IMG/VR virus record: IMGVR_UViG_3300042564_004671
DNA length: 64,000 nt
Reading direction: 5' to 3' (one strand)
Source of the DNA: an uncultured virus (IMG/VR IMGVR_UViG_3300042564_004671)
Taxonomy: Duplodnaviria; Heunggongvirae; Uroviricota; Caudoviricetes
The stretch's first letter is position 1. Every line of letters begins with the position of its first letter. Positions 47,643 through 56,092 of the stretch are shown here, piece after piece. The notes below the pieces were generated by a model, which saw nothing but the letters and a program-made list of their open reading frames with translations, was not told the DNA's origin and searched no databases. The position numbers and the translations under genes are program-made.

Positions 47643-48515
47643 ATGAAAAATCTATCATCTCAAGTTGGTCAAACTCCACTAATTCAAATATCAGAAAGAA
47701 TCTTTGCAAAATTCGAAGGTCAAAATCCAAGTGGATCCATAAAAGATAGAATGGCATCTTTTATAATCAATGATGCTGAAAAAAACAATCTTATTAAAAA
47801 AGGTGATACAATTATTGAAGCAACATCAGGAAACTCTGGAATTGCTTTTGCTTTCTTAGCAGCAGAAAGAGGTTATAAATGTATTATTATTATGCCTTCT
47901 AATATGAGCGAAGAACGAAAACAAATGTTAAGAATTTATGGAGCTGAACTTATTGAAGTTCCTGATGGTAAATTTGATGATGCGATTGCTTTAAGAGATA
48001 AAATGGCTAAAGAAAATGGATACTTTAACCCTAATCAATTTCATAACCCTCTAAATATACAAGCTCATTATGAAGGAACGGGTGTTGAGATTCTACACCA
48101 ACACACAGAGAAAATTGCTGCTTTTGTTGATGGAACAGGAACTGGAGGTACTCTTATGGGTATCTCTCGTCTTTTAAAGATGTATCATCCATGGATGAAA
48201 GTTGTTGCTGTTGAGCCAGCAGAATCTCCAGTTATGTCAGGTGGTCAACCAGGAATTCACGGAATTCAAGGAATTGGCGATGGTTCTAAATTCTTAGTTA
48301 ATCTAAAAGAAGTTGATGATATTATGATTATATCAACTGAAGAAGCTAAAGAAAGAGCTAGAAGACTAGCTAAAGAACAAGGTTTATTTGTTGGTATCAG
48401 TTCGGGAGCTAACATTTTAGCATCAGAAAGGTTATTAGAAAAGTACCCGGATATGGAAGGTAATATCATTACTATATTATGTGATAGAGGAGAAAGATAT
48501 CTTTCTTGTTTATAA
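47643..48515 (+). CDS. cysK: cysteine synthase (PLP-dependent, CysK/CysM)
   Basis: VGQTPL, KFEGQNPSGSIKDR, EATSGNSG, NQFHNP, GTGTGGT, IQGIG, GISSGAN, CDRGERYLS. Confidence 0.95.
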   Translation: MKNLSSQVGQTPLIQISERIFAKFEGQNPSGSIKDRMASFIINDAEKNNLIKKGDTIIEATSGNSGIAFAFLAAERGYKCIIIMPSNMSEERKQMLRIYGAELIEVPDGKFDDAIALRDKMAKENGYFNPNQFHNPLNIQAHYEGTGVEILHQHTEKIAAFVDGTGTGGTLMGISRLLKMYHPWMKVVAVEPAESPVMSGGQPGIHGIQGIGDGSKFLVNLKEVDDIMIISTEEAKERARRLAKEQGLFVGISSGANILASERLLEKYPDMEGNIITILCDRGERYLSCL

Positions 48516-48532
48516 AAATAATATATAGTTTA

Positions 48533-49786
48533 ATGAAACACTTAAAATCTTACAACGAAGGATTCTTAGACTATTTTAAGAAAGATAGTAGTGATGACAA
48601 ACTCACACTGGATATGATGCATCGTCTTGAAAAAGTTAAAGATAATAACCCATATGAAATTCATGATATAATGAAAGAAGATATGAGGTTACCTGCTTGG
48701 ATGCAAAATGCAGCAAGTACTTCAGAAAATGGAGCTGGATCTGAATATTATAGTGTAATATACATTGTTAGATTTGATGATGTTGATGTATTAATATCAA
48801 ATGATAGACATAATCTAGTTAATGTTCAAACTGGAGCACCAGCAGGTCATAAGAAGTGTGTTAATAAGTGGAAATTATTTATTGGAAATAACACAGGTTT
48901 ATGTGAAAGAATTAGATCTAAAGAATTATATCGTATAAAGTTATTTCACTTAATAGAGAAAATCTATAATGAAGATATAGAAAGAAAAAGAATTGATAGA
49001 ATTCAAACTGAGATTAACCCAGCGGCTGATTTATTAGAAGAAGGTCTTTTTGATTTCTTTTCTAAGAAGGAAACTGAAGATGATAAAATTGCTTCAGCAT
49101 ATATCAAAAGATTAAAGAAGGTTAGAGGTATTTGTCCTTATAAAATAACAAAAGACGATACTAGTAACGGAGATTCATACACAATAAATAAATGGGAAGT
49201 AGATTTTGAAGACACTCCTATTAAACTATGGTCTATAATATCTACTAGATCATCTGGATTTGATGAACAATCACAACAACTTTTACTTAGCAAAAAATTA
49301 GCAAAATATAGCAAATATGAGTTTTACGGACTAAATATTAAATGTGAAGGTGAACTTGAAAATTGTAAAGCAAGTGCTAAAGTGCTAAAAGAATTGGTTG
49401 AATTGGTAGAATCTGTATATGAAAATGATAAAGAAGCTAGAAGAATTGAACATATAAGAGTAAATATGAATGATGCTGCTGATTTAATTGGAGAATCCAT
49501 ATACGAAAGAGAAGTAGTATTCACTAATAAAAGAAACCCAAGATTAGTAATTGCAATTAAGAAGAATCCTGATGGTAGAATAACTGAAATTCAAAATGAA
49601 ACCGGTATGAGATTTCCTTTCTCAGTTGGTCAAATTCTAAATAGAACAGCTGAAGTTTGGGCTTGTAATAATAACTTCTTAATGGATGGTAAAGATACTT
49701 GTCCTGATAAAAAGATATTTGGTATTAAAACTAAAGATGTTCCACAAGGACACGAATGGAGACATATTTTCCCTCACAAATTTTAA
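48533..49786 (+). CDS. internally duplicated protein with capsid-targeting-like leader
   Basis: MKHLKSYNEGFLDYF...AADLLEEGLFDFF...AADLIGES; TAATATATA at 48519-48527. Confidence 0.65.
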   Translation: MKHLKSYNEGFLDYFKKDSSDDKLTLDMMHRLEKVKDNNPYEIHDIMKEDMRLPAWMQNAASTSENGAGSEYYSVIYIVRFDDVDVLISNDRHNLVNVQTGAPAGHKKCVNKWKLFIGNNTGLCERIRSKELYRIKLFHLIEKIYNEDIERKRIDRIQTEINPAADLLEEGLFDFFSKKETEDDKIASAYIKRLKKVRGICPYKITKDDTSNGDSYTINKWEVDFEDTPIKLWSIISTRSSGFDEQSQQLLLSKKLAKYSKYEFYGLNIKCEGELENCKASAKVLKELVELVESVYENDKEARRIEHIRVNMNDAADLIGESIYEREVVFTNKRNPRLVIAIKKNPDGRITEIQNETGMRFPFSVGQILNRTAEVWACNNNFLMDGKDTCPDKKIFGIKTKDVPQGHEWRHIFPHKF

Positions 49787-49796
49787 TATATAAACT

Positions 49797-50300
49797 ATGA
49801 AAAAAATAAAAGATTTCAAATCATTCAATGAAGCACTAGCAGGTCATATGGGAGCGGTTCATTCAGCTACAAGGAATATGAAGTCAGCTTCTGGTGAAGA
49901 ACCTTCTACTAAATCAGATGAATTCTCACTACACATTTGTACCGATCCATTATATAAAAGGTTTGCTAACTATAACTACAAACTAAAAGATGTGGAAATT
50001 GAAAAAGTTGAGCCTAAAAAAGGATTTATGTCTAAATTATTTAGTGGTAGTTCATCTATTGATTTTACATTCACTAAAGTAAAAGACAACTCTGAAGCTT
50101 TTTTATCTTTAAAATTAAAAGGAGATAAATTTGTTTTAGCCAATTCTTCAACAAGTGAGAACATTATGGCTACTATTCCGGATTTAGAACAAGCTAAAAA
50201 GTTTCTTAACTTTCTATTAGGACAATCCCAATGGAAAGATGAATTAACTAAGAATTTTGAAAATATAAAAGAATCGCTAACAATTGAATCTTTCAAATAA
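49797..50300 (+). CDS. hypothetical protein with leader
   Basis: MKKIKDFKSFNE; TAATATATA at 49784-49792. Confidence 0.6.
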   Translation: MKKIKDFKSFNEALAGHMGAVHSATRNMKSASGEEPSTKSDEFSLHICTDPLYKRFANYNYKLKDVEIEKVEPKKGFMSKLFSGSSSIDFTFTKVKDNSEAFLSLKLKGDKFVLANSSTSENIMATIPDLEQAKKFLNFLLGQSQWKDELTKNFENIKESLTIESFK

Positions 50301-50741
50301 AAAATAAAAATGATTATGAAACACATAAGAAAATTCAATGAATCAATTGAAAACGAAGAAATCAATGAAAACGAAATAAATGAATTCTTAAATAATGGAG
50401 TTAGAATTAATGTATTTTTAACTGATTTACTTTATGATACAAATCTTATTTTACTTATGACCAATGGTGAGATATATGAAAGAAGAGCTGGTAATAAAAA
50501 ATTCACTATTTATTCATCAAAAGATGAATTCAAATCAAAAACTGGGGCTTCTTTAGATGATGAGTATGCTGGAAATGCTTCTCCTGCTTTAATCAATCTT
50601 TTTGGTGAGGTGGATGATTATAGAGGTGGTTTAATTGAAATGGCTTATATTGATAGCCAATTTGATAATCCACTTTTAGATAGTATTCTAAAAAACTTTG
50701 AAAATATAAAAGAATCATTAACAATTGAGTCTTTAAAATAA
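50251..50741 (+). repeat. imperfect direct repeat of about 50 nt encoding KNFENIKESLTIES(F/L)K
   Basis: copies at about 50251-50300 and 50692-50741. Confidence 0.8.
50310..50741 (+). CDS. hypothetical protein with leader
   Basis: MKHIRKFNE; C-terminus nearly identical to the previous gene. Confidence 0.6.
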   Translation: MIMKHIRKFNESIENEEINENEINEFLNNGVRINVFLTDLLYDTNLILLMTNGEIYERRAGNKKFTIYSSKDEFKSKTGASLDDEYAGNASPALINLFGEVDDYRGGLIEMAYIDSQFDNPLLDSILKNFENIKESLTIESLK

Positions 50742-50754
50742 ATAAATAAAAACT

Positions 50755-51378
50755 ATGATAAAGAAATTTAACCAATTTGTAAAAGAAAATGTTTCACTAA
50801 GTAATTCGGCAGCTAGAATATACATTGATAGTGATGAAGCCGAAATGTTTACTACTGAACCAGCTTTGCAAAAATTAGTATCAGATAGAAAAGTATCTCT
50901 ACTACCACCAGAACTTTATTTTGAAGCAGAAGATAAAAGTACAATTGAGATACTTAAAGGATATTTTCCAGATGTTGATTTTGAGGATGATTTTGAGGAT
51001 GAACATTATAGTGGTGACGATGAGGACGAGGATGATTCAGATGGATTTGACGATGATGACTACGAAATGAGTAATGAAGAAATTAACTTAAAAGGCCTTG
51101 CTGCTGGAGCAATGATGGCTTTAATGACTGCTTGTCATAATGGTGAAATAAATGGTGAGCCATATGAAGGATATACTGGCGATATGTTAGTAAAAAAGAT
51201 TGAAATGGGTGGAGGTAAATACAACCACTTTCTTGTACACGGACTTGATGAAGATGGTAAATATGTTGAATTTAGAACAGATAATCTAACTTTTAATGTA
51301 GGAGATTCTATTCATGTTGACTTCTCAAAAGAAGAAGCTTATCCACTAGATGATAAAGAAAATATAGGAAAATTCTAA
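50755..51378 (+). CDS. two-domain protein with leader, acidic linker and internal hydrophobic/lipobox-like segment
   Basis: MIKKFNQFVKE; D/E tract; NEEINLKGLAAGAMMALMTAC. Confidence 0.6.
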   Translation: MIKKFNQFVKENVSLSNSAARIYIDSDEAEMFTTEPALQKLVSDRKVSLLPPELYFEAEDKSTIEILKGYFPDVDFEDDFEDEHYSGDDEDEDDSDGFDDDDYEMSNEEINLKGLAAGAMMALMTACHNGEINGEPYEGYTGDMLVKKIEMGGGKYNHFLVHGLDEDGKYVEFRTDNLTFNVGDSIHVDFSKEEAYPLDDKENIGKF

Positions 51379-51380
51379 AC

Positions 51381-51409
51381 AAAAAAGACCAGTTTAACTG
51401 GTCTTTTTT
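51381..51409. terminator. bidirectional intrinsic terminator
   Basis: A6-gaccag-tttaa-ctggtc-T6. Confidence 0.75.
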
Positions 51410-52086
51410 GTTTTAATATAGTTTGATAAGTTCTCCCAAAGTATTTTATAAATATCATCAAATTGATTATACCTAATTCTAATTGAATCAATATAATTAT
51501 CTTCACAATAATCTTTTTTTATTTTATCTACTTCTTTAATTAAATAATGTTCTTTACTTAAATACTCAATTGTAGTTCTTCTATTAGGTAAATAAAATTG
51601 AAATATATTATTATCTAAGTTTTTATTTTCATCATATTCAATTTGATACTTATCTAAAAACTCTTTAATATCATTTATTCCTTCTTTATCACAATTATTG
51701 ATCTTATCTCTTAATAGACTTTCCTCGTTATTTCTAAATTCAGGAGCAAGGCCTAGTAAGTGTGAGCTAGACCTTTGTTCGTAAACAATACCATTATAAA
51801 TTATCTTAATATTATTAAGAGCACCAGTATATTCAGTTAAAGAGTAATCATATTTGTCTTTCCAAATATTTTTGGCTTCTAAAATAAAATCTTCAGTTGT
51901 CTTTCTTTTAATAGACTTCTCAGGACATCTACCCATCAAATGTTTAGAGATGGATTGAGTATAAATCTCACCATTATATTCAATTTCTATTCTATCATTT
52001 AAGGTAACCTTATCTGATAAATTTAAATAATTGTATTTATAACCGTGTGTATTTCTAGCTTTTTCTAAAAATTCTAACCTTTTCAT
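51394..52086 (-). CDS. putative free-standing homing endonuclease (repeat DNA-binding units + degenerate Vsr/DUF559-like domain)
   Basis: two repeats F..KA...HG.KY.Y...HL.G..PE; FYLP..RTTIEY...K..YC..N.I..IRIRY. Confidence 0.6.
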   Translation of the reverse strand: MKRLEFLEKARNTHGYKYNYLNLSDKVTLNDRIEIEYNGEIYTQSISKHLMGRCPEKSIKRKTTEDFILEAKNIWKDKYDYSLTEYTGALNNIKIIYNGIVYEQRSSSHLLGLAPEFRNNEESLLRDKINNCDKEGINDIKEFLDKYQIEYDENKNLDNNIFQFYLPNRRTTIEYLSKEHYLIKEVDKIKKDYCEDNYIDSIRIRYNQFDDIYKILWENLSNYIKTKKTS

Positions 52087-52190
52087 ATAGTATATATAAA
52101 AATCTTTACCTCCTTTCAACATTTTTTTAATTTTTCTTGAAAGAGGGAGTAAGTTTCTTAATATATAAAGTATAAAAATAATTAATTAAA

Positions 52191-53429
52191 ATGGCAAAAC
52201 AATCAGGTAAAGAAGTAAAAAGATTCGAATTTAGTAAGGTAGGAACTATATTAGATAATATAGCAAAATCAACTCCAATTTTAATCGAAAAAGAACTGAA
52301 AGAAAGAAATTATATTTCAACTGGAAATTATCTTTTAGATGCGGCTCTTTCTGCAAAATTAGTAGGAGGTGGTATTTTAGGAGGTAGAATATTCGGACTT
52401 TTAGGAGAATCTGGTGCAGGTAAGTCATTTATCGCTTACTCTATATGTAAATCAGCTCAAAGAAAGCAAGATTATAGTGTGATATACATTGATACTGAGA
52501 ACTCAATAGATATCGAAGGTATAGCTAAAATGGGCATTGATAACTCACCAGAAAAATTCAGATTAATTAGATCTAATAAAGTTGAAGATATAAATATTAC
52601 ATTAACACAACTATTAGATGAATTAAAAAATCAAAAAATGGCAGGATATGAAATTCCAAAGATTCTAATAGTATTAGACTCTATTGGTATGATGTCTTCT
52701 AACAAAGAAAAAGCGGATTTACTAAAAGGTGATATGAAACAAGATATGACTAGAGCTAAACAATTAAATGCTCTTTTTAGAAGTATTAGTTCTGATCTTG
52801 GATATTTAGATATCCCCATGGTATGCTGCAACCATACATACTTGACACAAGATTTATTTCCAAGAGAAATAAGTAAGGGTGGTATGGGTCTAGTTTATTC
52901 AGCTTCAGTTTTAGGTTTTCTATCTAAATCAAAATTGAAAACAGGAGATGAGGATGATATGGACTTAGGCCAATCAGGTATCTCGGTTCTTTTCAAAACT
53001 CAAAAGAACCGTTTAGCCAAACCTAAGAAAATTAGATTTGATATCTCTTTTCTAAATGGTTTAAATCCTTACACTGGATTAGATGCTTTCTGTCGTCCAG
53101 AATATTTTGAACAAATTGGTATCGCTAAAGGTAAAATGGATGTTGATAAGAAAACAGGCGAAATGACTTTCATCCCAGGTGGTATCAGATGGTATGTTAA
53201 TCACTTAAATAAATCAGTTACAACAAAACAATTATTTTCATCTGAGATATTTACTCAAGAAGTTCTTGAAAAAATGGCACCAATTGTAAATGATTATTTC
53301 AGATTTAGATCATTGGATGAAATTGAAGATGTTGAAAAACAATTTAATAGTGTAATCGGAGAAGATGAAGACGAAGATGAATCAAATGGATTCACAGATG
53401 CCGCTGACGCAGATGATATCTTTGGATAA
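52191..53429 (+). CDS. uvsX: RecA/UvsX recombinase
   Basis: ISTGNYLLD, GESGAGKS, IYIDTE, IVLDSIG, DMTRAK, NHTY, GGMGLVYSAS. Confidence 0.92.
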   Translation: MAKQSGKEVKRFEFSKVGTILDNIAKSTPILIEKELKERNYISTGNYLLDAALSAKLVGGGILGGRIFGLLGESGAGKSFIAYSICKSAQRKQDYSVIYIDTENSIDIEGIAKMGIDNSPEKFRLIRSNKVEDINITLTQLLDELKNQKMAGYEIPKILIVLDSIGMMSSNKEKADLLKGDMKQDMTRAKQLNALFRSISSDLGYLDIPMVCCNHTYLTQDLFPREISKGGMGLVYSASVLGFLSKSKLKTGDEDDMDLGQSGISVLFKTQKNRLAKPKKIRFDISFLNGLNPYTGLDAFCRPEYFEQIGIAKGKMDVDKKTGEMTFIPGGIRWYVNHLNKSVTTKQLFSSEIFTQEVLEKMAPIVNDYFRFRSLDEIEDVEKQFNSVIGEDEDEDESNGFTDAADADDIFG

Positions 53430-53482
53430 TATTAAAAATAAAGTCGAAGAGTACTTAACTCTAAAAAATAAAATAAATTAAA

Positions 53483-53659
53483 ATGACAAAACAAGAAATC
53501 TACGAACAGTTAAAACAACTTTGGGAGCAATTCGAAGCTGGACACAATGGTACAACTAAAGTATCTGATTCAAGAGCTCGTAAAGCTTTAGGTGAAGTTA
53601 AGAAATTAATTACTCCTTACAGAGCAGCTTCTACTGAAGAAGGTAAAGCAAAAAAATAA
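53483..53659 (+). CDS. unlisted 58-aa histone H1-like (Hc1-type) helical protein
   Basis: MTKQEIYEQLKQLWEQFEAGHNGTTKVSDSRARKALGEVKKLITPYRAAS; RARKA..E.KK....YR..S pattern. Confidence 0.7.
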   Translation: MTKQEIYEQLKQLWEQFEAGHNGTTKVSDSRARKALGEVKKLITPYRAASTEEGKAKK

Positions 53660-53675
53660 AACAAAATCAATTCCA

Positions 53676-53894
53676 ATGAAAAATATGATAAAATCGCTAT
53701 TAGTGGAAAGAAATGTGGAAAGTAAAAACTTTTCAGATGAAATATTATATAAAGTTGGAATGGACAATGTTAGAGATAACATTGAATTCTATCACGACAA
53801 AACATTCACTTGTGAGTCAGTGATAAAAGAATTGTTTATTAGAGGTATAATTAATTATATCGAGAAAAATAGGTTTCCTTATTTAGAAAAATAA
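53676..53894 (+). CDS. hypothetical protein
   Basis: 72-aa ORF before a terminator. Confidence 0.5.
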   Translation: MKNMIKSLLVERNVESKNFSDEILYKVGMDNVRDNIEFYHDKTFTCESVIKELFIRGIINYIEKNRFPYLEK

Positions 53895-53930
53895 GGTGGT
53901 GGATGTTCGGAAGTGATTCGGGCCCAAAAG

Positions 53931-53965
53931 AAAACCCTCTGAATTAATTTTCAGAGGGTTTTTTT
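53931..53965. terminator. bidirectional intrinsic terminator
   Basis: aaaaccctctgaa-ttaatt-ttcagagggtttt. Confidence 0.8.
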
Positions 53966-54420
53966 GTTGACGTATAAATAGTTCTGTATATAGAAATACA
54001 CCAATAAATAATATTTAAACCACCATAGACTAAATATAAACTTAAATTCATTCCAAAAAGCTTAAATACTATATCTAAAATGATAAAAAAACAAACAGAT
54101 ATTAAAAAATACCTATTTAGTTTATCAAATTTTTGAGTGACTACAAATTTTTGAAATTTATACTTTATAATTAAGTAAGGATGTTGTAATAAAGATATTT
54201 TTCTATCTCTACTACAAGGTATGCAGATTTTTGAATAATCCTCTGATTTCATCAATCTTTCGAAAGTTTCTTTTTCAGATAAGTTCAAATCATCTTTGCA
54301 ATTATAGCATATTTTACCTTTTTTTATCTCCCAACTTAATGAGTTTCTTTTTTTCAAAATTAAAATTTGAAAAAAAACAAAAAATATGGGTAAAAAACAA
54401 TATATGATTGAAAACATCAT
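53944..54420 (-). CDS. membrane protein with Zn-binding CxxC pair and RxxKI tag
   Basis: 3 TM segments; CYNC...CIPC-SRDRKISLL. Confidence 0.6.
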   Translation of the reverse strand: MMFSIIYCFLPIFFVFFQILILKKRNSLSWEIKKGKICYNCKDDLNLSEKETFERLMKSEDYSKICIPCSRDRKISLLQHPYLIIKYKFQKFVVTQKFDKLNRYFLISVCFFIILDIVFKLFGMNLSLYLVYGGLNIIYWCISIYRTIYTSTKKPSEN

Positions 54421-54869
54421 CCTAAAATTAATTTTAAAAAATTATCTCTCTTATCCATCTTAGATAAAGACTTAACACACTCTGGCCCTAAACCATTTAA
54501 GATACTAGAAGGTACAGTAAGTGTTCTACCACATTTACCACATTTACCCTCGTGCCAAGCTTCAATGAAGTCAGGTAGAGTATTTGTTTTTAGTTTATTA
54601 AGAACATACTCAAATACTTTAACGGATTGAGCATCTTTAGAAATTGCTGATTTTTTACCATGTCTATAGATACCTTCAATACAAGTACCAATATAGGAAT
54701 ATGTTTCAGGACCCGTCAAAACACTAATAAAAAACATATTAGAGTCTTTGGCTTGTTTTACTTTGAATGTAAAACGATTTCCTGTTTTTGAGTTAAGTAA
54801 TGTAACAAGTGATTTACCTGCAAAGATAAATTTAAGTGCTTCTGAGTTATTTAATTTATGTCCTTCCAT
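54417..54869 (-). CDS. DUF6011-like protein with tag-like C-terminus
   Basis: TGNRFTFKV, HEGKCGKCGRTLTVPSSILNGLGPEC; KRDNFLKLILG; TATATTTG at 54889-54896. Confidence 0.75.
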   Translation of the reverse strand: MEGHKLNNSEALKFIFAGKSLVTLLNSKTGNRFTFKVKQAKDSNMFFISVLTGPETYSYIGTCIEGIYRHGKKSAISKDAQSVKVFEYVLNKLKTNTLPDFIEAWHEGKCGKCGRTLTVPSSILNGLGPECVKSLSKMDKRDNFLKLILG

Positions 54870-54934
54870 TTTGTAGTGATTTATAATACAAATATAAGGA
54901 AAATATCTTAATAGTCAAATATAATATATAAATT

Positions 54935-55336
54935 ATGATTAAAAGATTTCAACAATTTATAACTGAAAGATTCTCACTTCAAAATGATTTTGGAGTGACA
55001 TATAGTGAATTGGATGAGATAATGTATTATATTACTGATGAATTTCAAAATCTAGGATGGTCAGTTGAAGATTCATCACAATCATCTTTAATAGAACAAG
55101 ATGATAATTGTTTTATAATTGAATTATATGATAAAACGATTGATTTCCCATCTGATATGCCAGTTCTTCATTATATTGAACCAAAAGTTTTCGAGTTAAT
55201 ATCAGATGTTAATAGTCAATTAAAACAATATGAACTGGAAGTTTACACATCAGACTTTGGATCAACTGATGCTTATTATGAGTTAGTAATATCTAAAATA
55301 GACCACACACCTAAAGATAGACAAAGAGGTTGGTAG
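54935..55336 (+). CDS. hypothetical protein with leader
   Basis: MIKRFQQFITE; TAATATATA at 54922-54930. Confidence 0.6.
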   Translation: MIKRFQQFITERFSLQNDFGVTYSELDEIMYYITDEFQNLGWSVEDSSQSSLIEQDDNCFIIELYDKTIDFPSDMPVLHYIEPKVFELISDVNSQLKQYELEVYTSDFGSTDAYYELVISKIDHTPKDRQRGW

Positions 55337-55355
55337 ATTCTTACTATATAGAATT

Positions 55356-56078
55356 ATGAATATAGTAGCAGTCGATCCATCACTTATTTCAACAGCTCTT
55401 GTAGTTACATCAGGAGATACATTTAAGATTTATAATTATTGTAGAGAGTCATCTGCTTTTGGTAAAACAGGTATCAAAAAATGGTTCAAATTAGCTGAAG
55501 AGTTTGTAACTTATAAGTTTATTGAATATAGAGAATTTGAAGATTACTCAGAAGGAGAACTAACAAAGTTAAAAGATTATGATAAAATAACAGATGATAT
55601 CATAAAAGATATTTTAGATAATATAGATTCAACTAAACCAACTAAGATAGGAATCGAAGGTTATTCATTCTCATCAACTGCTGGTGATATTATTGACTTA
55701 GTTACATTCTCAACTCTTTTAAGAAAGAAACTATTTGATGAAATATCAGAAGATATTACGGTTCTTTCTCCATCAACACTTAAATTAGAGTCTTGTAAAT
55801 TGACTTATCCACCTATTATTAAAGAAATTGGAGGAAAGAAACCAAGACAAGAATTTATTTGGAGGAATTCAATTGGTGTTTCTGGTGGAAACTTTAAAAA
55901 ACCAGAGATGTTCAAGTCTATTATTGATAATAATGATTTAAATGATTTTTGGGCAAAACATTGTAAGTTATCAAAATCAGATGTTTTATCTATTTCGGTT
56001 ATACCAAAACCATATGAAGATGTTAATGACGCTTACTTAATCTATAAAGTATTAGAAAAACAAAACCCACTTAATTAG
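55356..56078 (+). CDS. RuvC-like Holliday junction resolvase
   Basis: IVAVDPSL..TA, IGIEGYSF, SPSTLK, EDVNDAY. Confidence 0.75.
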   Translation: MNIVAVDPSLISTALVVTSGDTFKIYNYCRESSAFGKTGIKKWFKLAEEFVTYKFIEYREFEDYSEGELTKLKDYDKITDDIIKDILDNIDSTKPTKIGIEGYSFSSTAGDIIDLVTFSTLLRKKLFDEISEDITVLSPSTLKLESCKLTYPPIIKEIGGKKPRQEFIWRNSIGVSGGNFKKPEMFKSIIDNNDLNDFWAKHCKLSKSDVLSISVIPKPYEDVNDAYLIYKVLEKQNPLN

Positions 56079-56089
56079 GTGGGTTTTTT
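56062..56089. terminator. bidirectional intrinsic terminator
   Basis: aaaacccactta-at-taggtgggttttt. Confidence 0.75.
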
Positions 56090-56092
56090 AAT

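Noticed and set aside
53895..53925. GC-rich patch ggtggtggatgttcggaagtgattcgggccc as a tRNA or ncRNA
   Set aside because: Too short, and no cloverleaf or convincing stem could be built.
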